Assembly (NCBI GenBank): GCA_965112735.1 | Contig: OZ218952.1 | Coordinates: 2,542,001 to 2,606,000 of the forward strand | Length of the DNA stretch: 64,000 nt | Origin: Phaeosaccion multiseriatum | Lineage: Eukaryota; Protista; Ochrophyta, other classes | Direction of reading: 5' to 3' | Shown: positions 48,099 to 61,339 of the stretch, piece by piece | Layout: every line of letters begins with the position of its first letter | How positions within the stretch are numbered: the stretch's first letter is position 1 | Made by a program: the position numbers and the translations under genes | Notes under the pieces: generated by a model | Told to the model about the DNA's origin: nothing | The model's database searches: none | The model's input: only the letters and a program-made list of their open reading frames with translations

Positions 48099-50380
48099 AT
48101 GGCAGACGCAGTGCGGAGGGGGGAAGGTCCAACTCGAGGGAAGTATGGAGGCCTACGGCGGATTCTCCTGCTGGTCCTGGTGGCAGTGTTTGCAGAGGTG
48201 AGGGGAGGAGACGAAACCAGTGGCTGCCTCTTCTCTTTTCTTCATCCTTCACTCGGGGATTCCACGTGAATGAGTGCTGACATTGCCTGCCGCTTGTCGC
48301 TCTCTCAGGTCGGAGCAGCGTCGACGAGGTCAACCGCCAACGTGGGCACTCGGGCAGCCGCAGGCCTCGAGCTGAAAGAGAAGGTAGGCAGGGCGGAACA
48401 AGGGTTAAATATTTGTATTACTTGAGAGCGTACGTATATTTCCCGCCCTTCTACGGCCGCCTGTGCCTGTATGTTTGTCATGTATCGCTGCTGGTGCTAA
48501 CAGGCAATAGCAGCGCACAGGAAAGGCGACTATGAAGCCGCGCTGAGCAGCTTTCGGGAAGCCGCGGAGACGCTGGACGGCAGCGACTCGCCAGCGGTGG
48601 CGCACTCCTGTCGAGTGGGCATGGCGGCAAGCTTGCTCAAGCTGGGTAGAAGCCAGGAGACAGAAGAGGCGTGTAGTCAAGTCCTGAAAGCCAGTGGGTG
48701 AGTTTCTTGCAGCAGAGCAGTTAGCAGGCGTGTAGTCAAGCAGGGGCGACAGGTTTCGGGGATGGACTATGAAATCGGCTGACGTGTGTACACGCTCCCT
48801 GGCCTGTTCTCTCTGGTTATTTCCCCCTTCCCTCTTTTTTTTCTTTTCAGGCGTGACTTGGACAGCGCTTTAGAGCGGCAGGCATACTTTCGGAGAGCCC
48901 TCGCGAGAGAGCGCCTGGCGGCAGAGGCGGCAGAGGCGGGTGCGGATAGCGATAGTAAGAGTAGCAAAAGATATTTAGCAAGGTCATACAGGGACGCCTT
49001 CTTGGCCTACAGTATGAGGGAAGGAGGAGCAAGTGCCGGAGGAAAGGCGAAGGAGACGGCCTTGCTGAGCCGTTTAAAGTCCGACGACAGACTGGATGCA
49101 TCGGTACGCAAGGCGGCAGAAGCGAGAGCCACACAGCACCTAGCAGCGAGGAGGAAGTCGGCAGGAGCCGCTGCCGCCGGACTCTCCCCCTTGGGCGGTT
49201 TGGGAGGGATGGGAGGGATGGGAGGAAGCGGGTTGGGTGGGATGGGAGGAAGCGGGTTGGGTGGGTTAGGCGGGGGGGGGGGGATGGGAGGGCTCGGAGG
49301 GATGGGGGACTTGGGCAGCCTGGCAAGCCTATTGGGGGGCGTGGGGGGCGGAGAGGGGCAAGCAGGAGCAGCAGGAGGCCTCGGGGCTCTCAGCGGACTT
49401 TTTGGTGCCGCTGGTAGCCCAGGGGCAGGGGCAGGAGGAGAAGGAGGAGGCGGGGCAGGGCTCATGGGCATGTTGGGACCCATGCTCGGGCAGCTGGGGG
49501 TCGGGGGTGGTCAGAAGGACGGCGAGACCGACCCCAAGAAGGTCGCTCGGGCGCGGCGGAAAATGATGAGAAAGGTCAAGAAGCAGGTCAAGTCGCCGGG
49601 GATGCAGGTGTGTGTGTGTATACGCCCAAGGAAAGGGAGGGGAGGGGGGGAGGGGGTAGAGCAGTACTGCTGAGTCAGGTTTAAATGGGCAAGTTCTGAG
49701 TGGAAGCGGGACGGTGCCCCTGACCTATGGGCCAGTGTCTCTTTTGCCTACCCTTCGCTTTCTCTCTCCCCCTCACTCTCACCCTCACCCGGCTCTCTTC
49801 CATCCTTCTCTCCTTCTCTTGTCTGTATTCATGCCTTATCCCATGGCGTGTGGCAGATGTTGATTTGCACTTTCCTCAAGCAAGCAACCCCCGAGAACAT
49901 GCGGGCCCTAAACTTGCCTTTGGAGGAGGAGCGTGTGGACTCCATCTCGGCCTTCATCACAAAGGTGAGGCGGGTGAGAGAGAGAGAAGATGGGGGCCTT
50001 CCTTCCTTGTCCTTCCTCCGGGAGAAGAAAGAAGTCTGCAGCTGGTGCGGTGAAGGCTTTTTGTTGACGGCCACCCTCACAACACCCCCTCCCCCCGCAA
50101 CCTACCCAACCTCAACCCCAACACACAGGTCACGCCGACGGATTTGACCCGCTGGACGGCTGTGGCGGAGTGGCTGGCTGGCGTTGCGGCGCAGCTGTCG
50201 CGTGCCATGGCGCTCCTCAAGCGCCTCATCATGCCGCTGGGCCTGTACATGCTCTACGTGTGGGCGCGCGCGTGCATGGGGCCGGTAGAGGTGTCGGCTC
50301 GGGCACAGCAAGCGGCGGTCAAGAGGGCAGCTCGAGCGGCCAAGGCGGAGCAGGTCCGGCAGCAGAGGCTCATTCGTTGA
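48099..50380 (+). CDS. TPR-containing protein with an N-terminal hydrophobic segment, a Gly/Met-rich linker and a C-terminal hydrophobic segment
   Basis: LELKEK|AIAAHRKGDYEAALSSFREA, AASLLKLGRSQETEEACSQVL and QAYFRRALARE form three TPR-like helix pairs. Confidence 0.7.
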
Positions 50381-50824
50381 ATGAAGGAAACTAGTAGTGT
50401 ATTTAATTAATTTTAGAGAAAAGAAACGAAAATTGTGGAGGGGAGGAAGGCCGCCCCAGTCCAGTGAGCTGCACGAGAGAAGAGGGCTTTCCAAAGCCCC
50501 TCTTTTACTTCCCTATGCACTTATCAGGAGGCCAAGAGCTTGATGACGACTTAAAAGCCCCCCTCCGCCACCAAAATATGTTTCCAAACAGAAAGCAAGA
50601 AAGCAATATTACGAAAACAGAGAGCCTCCCCTCCCCCCTCCCCTCCCCTCGCTCCTCCCGCCTAGCAAAAGTAATTGTCGAGGTAGCTCTTGTGCGCGCG
50701 CTCCTGCGCGCCCAGCAGCCGCGGCAGGGCGTCCTCCGAGCGCAGAAAGGTGACGCGGAAGTGGAAGGGTGCCATGAGGTTCATCCCCCTTCCTCTCGAG
50801 CACCACATGCTCCGTATTGCTCGA

Positions 50825-51031
50825 TCATCGGCTACCCTTAGGGCCATAGTCGATGAACTCAGGCTCGCCAGTGCTTTCATCCTTGCCAATGTAAGAGTAG
50901 CGGTCCCCGCCGGAGCCCTGCTGGGAATAAGTGTGGTATTCCCAGCCGCTGACCACCGTCGGTTCAGGTGCGGGCTGTGAACCCTTGTCACCACCCGACC
51001 CCGTGTTACCACTAGCTCCTTTGCCGCTCAT
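50825..51031 (-). CDS. Candidate small intronless protein, 68 aa, unknown function
   Basis: atcATG start; MSGKGASG...GWEYHTYSQQG...YSYIGKDESTGEPEFIDYGPKGSR*. Non-repetitive; starts 134 bp from the PIG-L ATG on the opposite strand, like the other divergent pairs. Confidence 0.4.
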   Translation of the reverse strand: MSGKGASGNTGSGGDKGSQPAPEPTVVSGWEYHTYSQQGSGGDRYSYIGKDESTGEPEFIDYGPKGSR

Positions 51032-51164
51032 GATGGAGAAGAAGAAGGGGAGATTGAGAGACAAGGCGGAAAGGACAAAGATACGAAAAATGAGGAGATT
51101 ATCGCAAGGAGCTTCAACTTGAGAGCCATCCAGTGCCATCTGCCTAATAGTAACGCCCCCCATA

Positions 51165-52123
51165 ATGGGGAGTCTCATGGGCTTCCCAGGTATTGGGCTG
51201 AGCTGTCGTCGCGCTGGCCTGGTGATTGCGCATCCCGATGACGAGAGCATGTTCTTCACTCCGGCGCTTTCGGCGCTGCTCAGGCAGGGTAGCGATGTCT
51301 TCGTCCTCTGCCTCTCTTCAGGTGGGCCGACCACCGACTCACTTCCCACGTGCACCAGCTTACTTGAAGCTTGTTGCTCATATCATTTGCTCCTATTCCT
51401 ACTACTTCTTGCTGCTGTTGCTGCTGTGCAGGGGACTACGACGGCTTGGGCCACTTGCGCAAAGGCGAGCTCGTCCAGGCCTGCCGCCTCCTTGGGGTGC
51501 AGCCCGCGAGGGTCTTTGTGGTGGAGGAGCCGGAGCTTCAGGACGGCATGAGTGCCGAGTGGCCGGTCCCGCACATAGCGAAGCTCGTGCATGCCTTTGT
51601 GCAAGAGAGGGCCCTCGACCTGGTGCTCACCTTCGATGCCTGGGGTGTGTCGGGCCATCCCAACCACTGCGCGGTGCATCGCGGCGTGGTGCACATGACA
51701 CGGCACATGCCCGGCTTCAGCAGGAGGGAGGACGAGGAGGGGGACACGCCTGGGTGCAGAGTGCTGGTGCTGGAGACGACTGGCCTCCTGCGCAAGTACA
51801 GCGGCTTGCTCGATGCCGCTGTCTCTCTCATGCAGTCCTCCAGCTCCAGGTGGTGGGGGAGAGGAGGTGGAACAGCAACCGCAAGTAGTAGCAGCCGTCG
51901 ATGGCGACGCCAACGCTGCTGTGTCATCGCACTCGACCCCATCAAGGTGTGGAGGGCCATGGCTGCCCACGAGACTCAGTTCGTGTGGTACCGCAAGCTC
52001 TTTGTGGTGTTTTCTCGGTACGTTTACGTCAACACCTTCCTCCACCTGGGGCCTTCTGGCAGTGCGGACAGTCCTATTGGGCCTGCTGTGACTGCTACCC
52101 CGCTCAAGGCCAAGATCACGTGA
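51165..52123 (+). CDS. PIGL: GlcNAc-phosphatidylinositol de-N-acetylase (PIG-L/Gpi12), one intron
   Basis: VIAHPDDESMFF, LCLSS|GDYDGLGHLRKGEL, LTFDAWGVSGHPNH, AMAAHETQFVWYRKLFVVFSRY. Confidence 0.97.
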
Positions 52124-53260
52124 CGGAGGAGAGGGACGAGGGCTCCGGGACCCGGCCAGGCTTATGCACCAACGAAGGATCGTGTATGGAATGAGTGAGT
52201 GCTTCTTGCGGGCACTGTATGGCCGGGGAGTGGGAGAGAGTCTTGAAGTGCACCGGTCACCGGGCTAAAGAGCTGCCCTGCAGCTGTTCCTCCTCCTCCT
52301 CCTTCGGCCAACATAGGGGCGAGGGGTCCGTAACTGCCACCACCAACCCACACACTGTTTCGGGGGAGGGCTGCATATCAATCGTCTTGCTGCGCCAGGG
52401 CTCTCTGAGGGAGAGGGTACTTTTTAGCCTCCAATGGGATGATGCCAAGAGCACACCTCAGGAAAGGCGAGCGCGAGGGCGAGGGCGACCACTCCCGGCA
52501 GGGGTGGAAGGCTCTTGATCAGTGACTAACACAACTGCTCGTCTCAACCACGGCCACGGGGAGAGCGACGATCGAGAACTTTCGATCGTCACCCCTTGAC
52601 TCGAGAGGCGAAGGGCCACCCGGAGTGCACCCCAGGGCATGACATGTCATCTCATCCATCGCGGCGAGTACCCCTCAACAGGAGATGATGGGCCCCGAAG
52701 CACGAGGTGCGAGGTACGCGGCTGCTGCTTTGGCAATGTGTGTGTGTGTGTGTGTACTCATGCCTTACCTCTTGGCCTGAAGTGATGCGATGCCCCGGAC
52801 AGAAGGGCGGAGTGATACGGAACGCAGACAGGGAGGCGGGGGCAGGCCCGAAGGCTTTGTTGAAGAAACAGCCTTGACACGCTGAGGGAGGGACAGAAGG
52901 AGAAGAAAGCAAAGGAGTCCCTCTCCCTGGAAGCGACCAAGGCACAGAGATGCAAGGCCAGCAAGGAGAGTGAGGAGGGGCGGTGAAGAAGCGAAAGCGC
53001 GACTGGGAGGTGGCACGAGTGGGGGAGAGAAGTGGCAAAGCCTAAGCGACAGGGTTCGCTCGGCTCGTCTCCCCCTTCCTCTTGACAAGAGAAACGATTC
53101 AATGCCCAAGTATATTCAGCTGCCGATGAGGGTGGTGATCTTGTGAGACCTCGAAGCGAACCAGAACTCTTACTCTGTCCGACGACGAGCAACCCTTCAC
53201 GCGAATACAAAGTCTTTAGAAGAAGAAAAAAAAAAGGGGAGAAGCTGGTACATATTTTGT

Positions 53261-54422
53261 CTATTTCGCTCCTGAGAGCACCTCCTTCTTCTCCTTGTCG
53301 AGGAACTTGATGTCCTTCGCCGGGATGCCCTGCTTGTGCATCATGAACAGCGCCAGCAGGCACTCCGCGTGGTTCATCTGCGTCAAAGGGTTGCGGTCCA
53401 AGTCGTCACTCACGCCGTAGTCGCCCTGTTTCCATCAACACAGGGCGCGAAGCAGACAGTAGGAGAGAGAGGGGGGGGGAGAGGGAGAAGGAGAGAGAGA
53501 GGAGAGAGGCACTATCAGACGGCTTTGAAGGGGATGGTCGGGAAGGGCGGGTAGGTAGAGGACAGGAGGTTCGTCCAAACGCCCACGTGCTCATGTGCTG
53601 TGTCCCCCATGCCTTGCCACCACCCCCTTTCTTCCCCTCCATTCTGCTTACCTGCATAAAGTACTTCTCAATGAAGGGGTTCCGCTGAACAGCCACCGCC
53701 AGCGTGAAGCTGGAGGAGGAAAAAGGGAGGAGAAGGGAAAAGAAGGGCACACAGCAGGCAGGATTAGCATGACGCTTGTCCTTCTTGATTCTCGTCCTCC
53801 TCCCAAGCAACGCTGGTGGGCGCCTTCCTTGATCCTCTCACCTGAGCTCCTCTCGCGCCTCCACCACCCCAAGTACCCTCTGCCTCACTGCGTCGGCCTC
53901 CTCTTCAGTGAGTTCCCACTCGGCTCCCATGTTGCGAGCGTCAAGCACCTGCTCCACCGTAGCCTCTGCCGAAGAGCCTTTCGACCCAAACAGGACACTG
54001 ACTAGCACGTTGATCGTCGTTGGGTCTATGGACGAGCGGACGGGGCGCCAGCTATCGGTCTTTGCATCTGATGGCTGAGAAGGCGGCGACGAGAAGAGCC
54101 TGGTGCTACTACCAGTGCTTTCACGATGGCTACTCCCGCTGCTGCTGATGGCATCCCTTGCATACTCAGGCTCTGTGCTCCTCCACCTCTTCCTCCTACT
54201 ACTTCTGCTCCTACTTCCCCTACTGCTGCTAGTACTGCAGCTATAGCTCCTGGTACACGAGCTACGTCTACTATCGACGGCGAAGGAAGTCCATCTTGAC
54301 GACGGAGCGACAAAGGCAGCCGCATGAGTCAACGGAGAGCCGCGGCTATCGACACTTGCACTCGCTGAAGGTGCAGCAGTAGCCACCACCAGGACCAGAG
54401 GAAGCACTCCAATACCCCTCAT
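53261..54422 (-). CDS. Unknown plastid-targeted protein, 3 exons
   Basis: Signal peptide, then AAAFVAP and a Ser/Arg-rich transit peptide. Spliced ...REELS|FTLAVAVQRNPFIEKYFMQ|GDYGV...NHAECLLALFM...IKFLDKEKKEVLSGAK*. Confidence 0.7.
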
Positions 54423-54598
54423 ACTTCTCTCCACTAGCTACACCTCCTCACCCGAAAAAAAATGGGGGTGGTCGATGGTTTTGGGTGTGGGGAACAATGT
54501 GATCGCGGAGCCCCTCTCCCTCGCCTGTTCTTCCCGTTCTTCCAGGTTTTTTAGGGCATCAAGTCAATGTTCCAAGGAAGAAAACACAACACAAAAGA

Positions 54599-56239
54599 AT
54601 GGTGAGTGTGCAAGAAGGGTCTTTGTCTTCTTCGTGGCGCGGCGTGACAGCTTCTTTTACAAGAGGGAATAACAGCGAGTCCTTCGCGTCTCTCCCCCTC
54701 CTCCCTCTTCCTCCTTCTCTTCCTGCCTCCCTTGCATCTTCTCCTCGCATCTCCTTCCCTCCACGCTCTCTCGCTCTCCCCGATCATGCAGTGCTTCTCC
54801 CCATCGCGCCTTGCCGCTTGTATTCCCTTGCTGTCCTCTTACTCCCACTAACTCTCCCTCTTCTCCTTCTCCTCTCCCCTCCCCTCTCCCCTGCTGCATC
54901 TTACACCTTCCCCGCTTGCCTCTGTGCACGTGCCCTTACCTCCCCCTTCTTCTCCCGCCCCTCTCCTGCGCCTCCCTCGTGTGGGTCTGGGTGGGATGGG
55001 TGACAGATCAACTTCCTGCTCCTCATTAGTCGGCAAGGCAAGACGCGGCTGACGAAATGGTACAATACATACACAGCAAAGGAGAAGGCGCGAATTCTAA
55101 GAGAAGTCACTAGCACTGTTCTGTCACGGCCACCAAAGGTAAGGGAGAGGATGGGCAGGACGTTAGATTCCTTCGCCCGCTGAGGCGATCCATCCCCAGA
55201 GGTAACAACACGCCCGAGGCGACCAATCCTGGGGGAAGAACATGCCTGCTCCTCTTGCCCGCCTCCCTCTCGAAAATTTCTCACACTCTGCTCTCCTCTC
55301 GTTGCTACTGATACAACTGCTCTGCTGTTACTGCTGCTGGCAATCCCTTTCCTCTGATTTATCAACTCCAAAGATGTGCAATTTCCTGGAGTGGCGGGAC
55401 AAGAAGATTGTGTACAAGCGGTATGCGTCGCTCTTCTTCGTGGCATGTGTAGATAAGGACGACAACGAACTCATCACACTAGAGCAGGTACAACTTTCCC
55501 TTCACTTGTACCGCCCAATGCCTCTCACGTGGAGGCCCAGTACAGCTACTGCCCACCTGCCCCGTGCTGAGCCGCTGCCGTGTTACCTGTTCCCTCGCCC
55601 GCTCTCTCTCTCTCCCTCTCTCTCTCTCGCAGGTGCACTTGTTTGTAGAGGTGCTGGATCGCTACTTTGGTAATGTGTGTGAGCTCGACATCATCTTTAA
55701 CTTCCACAAGGTCAGGGGGGAAAGGGAAGGAAGGAGGGAGGGAGGGAGGGAGGGAACGTGGGGTGAGAGCAGTGGTACCAGCCATGGCCGGAGAGGAATC
55801 ACAGTTTAGAGACTGGGAGGGTATGACCTGTCGGCGGTTGCTCTTCTTCTCTGTGCCTCCCTTGTTGTCTCGTTTCCAACCCGCCTTCGCAGCGGCTGCT
55901 TCTTCTGCTCCTCTTCCTCATCGTGTCGATCCATGTCTCGCGTGAGCCCCACTCTCTCTCCTGGTGCTGTCTCTTGTGGATTGATCGGAACCCATCTCTC
56001 TCTCTCTCCCTCATGTTCACCCAACCTCCATGATAAACACCGTCCCGTACCACCAACAGGCTTACTACATCTTAGACGAGTTGTTCATCGGAGGGGAGCT
56101 GCAGGAGAGCAGCAAGAAGGAGGTGCTACGCATGTGCTCCTCGATGGATGAACTTATGGAGGAGGTGAAGGATGACGGGCAGGAGCAGGGACAGGGCGGT
56201 GGTGGCGGGGGGGGCTCTTCCTCCAGAGGGAGGAGGTAG
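54599..56239 (+). CDS. AP1S: AP-1 adaptor complex sigma subunit; first coding exon is ATG only
   Basis: ATG|gtgag at 54599-54601, then [58 protein letters not shown]|AYYILDE. Confidence 0.97.
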
Positions 56240-57181
56240 AGGGAGGGAGGGAGAGAGAGCGGCATCTTCCATTGGAATGTACCTGCACACACACACACAC
56301 ACACACACATGTTAATAGACATATTCAACCACCCGCAACGCCATTCTTTTCCTGCCCACGGAGAGAGAGGGAGCAGGTTGGGTATCGCACATACTTTGGG
56401 GGTGCGGCGGACCTCCGGAGTAAGTGATTCTCCTCTTCTTCCTCTTCGCCATCTACTGCCTGGACCATTGGCTGAGTGCGCAAGCCTAGACAGGAATAGA
56501 CAGGAATCCTCAGTCCGTCTAGCAGACGAGTGGGGGGCGGAGGTGACAGCGAAGTTGCACCTGTGATCTCTCAGACCGATGTGAGATACGCGAGATACAT
56601 GTTTACCTGCGTAGGAAATCTGCACACAACATGTACGAAGTATTACGTTACACTGCCCGGCACGTCGCCTTACCTCCCACGCCCTCCCACACAAAAGCTG
56701 ATCTCTACTCCCCAGCAACAGCCGCCGTACACCGTCCTCCACGAAAACACATCGCCCCACCCACCCCCTCTCCGATATCCCTCTCCAAAGCGAGAAGGGA
56801 GGGCCATTGGGCTGTTGCGTGGTTTTCGCTAAGAAACAAGTTCACTCAGCTATATCTGTGTCCATCTTCTGTGTCTGCTTAAGACTGTATATATGCATAT
56901 CTCAGCTCAGCTCCTCACTCTCCTCTCCTTGCCTCTACATATGCCTGTCCTTAAATTACCCCCCCCTCTCCTCGCCCACATGCCGCTACTCACCCTCACA
57001 CACACTTACTGAGACTACCTACCGCAGACTTCAACGAAGCTACAAGAACCCCCTCCTGCTCACCCTCCCGCTCCCTCTCCTCTCCCCCCCCCTACTCCTG
57101 CTCTCTCCCTCTGTCGCTCCCCCCTCCCTCTCTGCTCCTCTCTCCTACTCCCCTCCTACTCCTACTCTCTCCCTCCGTCTC

Positions 57182-59323
57182 CTAAAAGCGATTCTTCTTG
57201 CACACCTTCTCATATACCTCTGGAAAGGCCTCTGTGGCCCTGGGCAGTCTCTTCCTGAGGGCATCGTACTGCGTGTGGTCGAACATGCCTCGGAACTCTG
57301 CCTTGCTCATGTAACTGTCAGCGTAGAGCATTTGGTAGCCCTGTGTTGAGAGAGAAGAGAGAGAGAGTGTGTGTGTGTGGGTGTGTGTGTGTGCACGAAA
57401 TGGGCAGTAAGACGCCGGGCACGCACGCACCACGCACGCATGCAAACACACGCACGCACACACGCACACACATATACGCACACACACACACACATACACA
57501 CACATACACACATACACACACATACACACACATACACACACGCACACACACGCACATACACACATACACACGCACGCTCACATACATACACAAGGCACCT
57601 TCTTGGCCCTGACAAAGGCCTCCACAGCCCTGCAGCTCTGTCGTGCGTTGAATGCTCCTTTGCTGGGCTGAGGGTTGCCGTAGGCCCCAATGTCCACGTA
57701 CATATCCTCGCCATCGGTCAGGGGGCCCACGAGACCCGCCACAGTGCTTGCGGGGATGCGGAGGGGGCAGAGCCACAGAGGGAAGATGAAGAACTCTGAG
57801 TCGAACACCTGAGTGAGTGAGTGAGGTGTGTGAGAAGGGGAGGGGAGAGGAGAGGAGGGGGGAGGGTGTAAGAAGAGGTGGAGAGAGCGGAAGGAGAGGA
57901 GGCGGGATTGAGAGAGGGATAGAGAGAGAGTGTGTGAGACAAAGAGGCCGAAACAGGGAGAGAGAACTGGCTAGAGAGAGGTAAGAGAGAGAGAGAGAGA
58001 CAGAGAGAGAGAGAGGCGACAAACCTGCAGAGCCTCCTCGAGGTCCTTTAGCGGCACAATCATGTCCTGTACGACATGGTGCTTCTCATAAAGCTGCCGA
58101 AGCGCCTCCGTCTGCGTGAGCTTGAGCAGGGAAGGCTTGGGGGGCATCATCCAGCCCAACGAGTAGCGGAAGAGGGGCATGTTGGAGAACGGCATGATGT
58201 CTCTGATCTCCCAAAAGAGCGATCGCGTGTGGCGGTGGTAGTACTGTTGGGGAGGGAGGGAGGGGAGGGAGGGAGGGAGGGAGGGAGGGAGGGAGGGAGG
58301 GAGGGAGGGAGGGAGGGAGAGAGGGAGGGCGAGAGGGGGGGGAGGGGGGGGAGAGCAGGCACAGGAAGGGAGAGAGAGTGCGTGAGACAGACACAGAGAA
58401 GGAGAGAGTGCCTGAGACAGATACACTTGCACCCACACACATAAGCAAGAGAGATACGGGGGGTACACTTGTACCTGTCGCAGAGGAATGTACTCCGTTT
58501 GCTCCGCGCCTTTGGCCGATACTCCCTCCACGTGTTTGAAGAACCAGGGCTTGAAGTATCTACCGATGCGGTTGATCTGGTGGAGACACCAGTGCCGCGG
58601 GGGTGGGAGGGGGGTATTGAGGGAGGAGGGAAGGGGATGGTGTGATTGATTGATTGATTGATTGATAGCCTGACTATACCTTGCTCGTGTCCACCTCGCT
58701 TGTGTGCACCATAGTGCCCAGCATCACGACAAAGGCGGAGGGGCCGAAGGCAATCGCCTCCACGAAGTCGCTCACGCCGTCCTCTCTGCTCCTGTTGGTG
58801 GTACAGCAGTAGTGCAACATGCCACATGAGTCATGGGGGAGAGAAGAGGGAATGGTGACAGGGTGTTGGAGTGACTGAGTGAGTGAGTGAGTGAGTGAGT
58901 GAGTGAGATTAGAGAACGGGGAGCAGAGGCAGGGGGGCGATGAAGAGGAGGGGAAGAGCGGCAACGGAGGGAAACACAGAGAGACAGACAGACAGAAAGA
59001 GAGAAAGAAGACAGAGAAGACAGACAGAGAGAAAGAGATCCGAAGTGGTCAGGCTCTCCCTATCCCCCTCTCCTCCCTTCACCTGCGGGACTCCTTGTCG
59101 AAGAGCGCGCACGCCTCCTGTCTGCTCTGACACGGAATGTACCTGAGCCGCACAAAGGGCTTGCAGGGTACGATTCGTATCCAGGCCGACACGACGAAGC
59201 CCAGCGTACCGTGTGACCAAGGCACATTGGAGAACAACGCTGGGTTCTGTGGTTGTGTGGAAGGGAAGGGGAAGAAGGGGGGGGGGAAGAAAGAGGGACG
59301 ATGGGTGAAGAGGAGCGGACACG

Positions 59324-59359
<36 letters not shown>

Positions 59360-60547
59360 CAAGTGGCCGTGAAACAAAGCCCCCACTCCACTCTCTCACC
59401 TCGTCCTCGGAGCACTCCACCACGGACCCGTCGGCCATGACGAGCTCCAGCCGGAGACAGGTGTGCTGGAACAGCCCATAGAGGTGGCTGCTAGTTTCCA
59501 CCCCCACTCCAGCAATGAGCCCTCCTACCGTCAAGTCGTCGAGCTCCGGCAGGACAGGGAGGGTCCAGCCCAGGCCGTTGAGGGCGGCAGAGAGCTGCCC
59601 CATTGAGACCATGGGCTCTACACGCACCCATCTGTCTCTCGTATTGACCTGTTTTCACAAGGGGGGGGAAGAGAGGGCGGAACGATCGTGGAACGGATCT
59701 GGGGTGTGAGGGAATGGCGGTGTTGCTAATACTGCTGTCGCGTGGTCGATTCCACACAAGGGAAGCACTTGCATATTGCACAGGAGGGAGGGGGCTACGT
59801 ACCTCGAGGATGTCGAAGAGGTCGAGTTTGATGAGTGTGTTGGTTCTCTTGTACCTTCCGCTTCTGAGCGACATAGCTTGCCAACCCGGCCGAGCCGAGC
59901 ACATGTGCTGTTTATCTCCCTCCTTATTGGCTCCCCAGTCCAGCACCTGGTGGGGTACATGCACACGTGCACATATGGACACATACACACACGCACACAC
60001 ACACGCACACACACACGTGCACACACACACGTGCACACCTTAATACAGGGAATTGGAAGGGGCGTAGGACGTCACATCAGAGCATGGGAGGGAAGCAACA
60101 CACGTACCTGCTTCTGCACCTCTGCCACCCGATGCCTGTGCTTCTCTGGGGCCCGCTTCCTGTCCGGCGTTAGGCAGGGGAGACATGGGCAGGGGTCGCG
60201 TTGGACGTTTGGGGTGTAGGGGGGGAAGGGATCATTGATGCTGCAAGGTTGCAGCACTATGGATTGCATCAGCATCAGCAGCAGCAGCAGGAGGAGGATA
60301 CACAAGCTGGCATGGCACCCAACCAAAGGACTCAAGACGCGGCGGTAAGGTCAGACAACACACTCCCGTTCTCTTACCTCCAGAAAAACTGGTAGCTGCT
60401 GCACACCGCCATGTACAGGTCGAAAAGAAAGCTTAGAGGCAGTAGGAAGAGCAGGCAGAAGACTCCCCGGTAGTTGGTCAAGATTGACTCGAGTGAGAGC
60501 CTTGACACCTTTGCCGGTGTTGCCGTTGAGGTTGCTGAAGAAGACAT
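57182..60547 (-). CDS. DHCR24: Delta(24)-sterol reductase (DHCR24/DWF1)
   Basis: [94 protein letters not shown]. Confidence 0.97.
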
Positions 60548-60859
60548 AGCAGAATGACGCTGCGAAGAAAACTTTGAGGGGCGGGGTGGAAGAAGTGAAG
60601 AGGGCGGTGAGGAAGAGGGGACACTACCGCTGAGCTCCCAACTGTGGCTGGAAGTCCTCAATGATGGGATGCAAAAGAAAGGGGGGGAACGGGGATGTTG
60701 AAGGTTTGGGGAAAGGAGTCGCGAAGACAAGAATAGGAGACGGAATGGGCGAGCGGAGGGATCAGATGATAACCCAAAGGCAAATCTGCACCCTCTATTT
60801 TCTCTTTGTCTCTGCTACGCGCTTATATTTGGATTTCAGTGGATTATAGTGGAAGGGTC

Positions 60860-61283
60860 TGAACTCCAACCCGTGTACTCACAGATGGGGAGACGCTGGT
60901 TGGTCGACGTCACGCTCACGGATGCCACCAACACCACCGGGCCAACATCGAGGCATGGAGGGCCAGGGTGGAGACATCCACTATGACCCCACGAGGTATC
61001 ATCTCGTCCCTTTTGGGATGGAGCAGCAAGGCGCATTTGGTCCGTCAGCATTATCAAAACACTCGCCACCCACATGGCTAGGGGGCACGAACATCTGGAC
61101 ATGAGAGCTTATGCGCGGGCTGTTTGCGTCATTCGGCGGCGTCTAGCCGTTGCGCTCCAGCGGGCTCGATACGATAGATCGATTCGCCATAGGATCCTGG
61201 CTGGCATCAACTTTATGCCAATCGGGAGACCTACCGCATCGGAGGGATACGACCTTGGGGACTAAGTTCCCCGGGGCGGTGAG
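60860..61283 (+). mobile_element. Degenerate 5'-truncated non-LTR retrotransposon (restriction-like endonuclease C-terminus, CRE-like)
   Basis: Across frameshifts: GRRWLVDVTLTD ... YHLVPFGMEQQGAFGPSA ... IIKTLATHMA ... IRRRLAVALQRAR ... YDLGD*. This fits the DVT / VPxxxExxGxxG / RLxVALQR pattern at the end of RLE-type LINE ORFs. Confidence 0.78.
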
Positions 61284-61339
61284 ACATTACTTTTAGACAA
61301 TCATAGATGGCACTTAAAGGGTGTAATATATAACTCCCC

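Noticed and set aside
50609-50827. Selenocysteine readthrough of the TGA ending the 68-aa ORF
   Set aside because: No redox motif around the TGA, no SECIS recognised, and the downstream frame is unremarkable.
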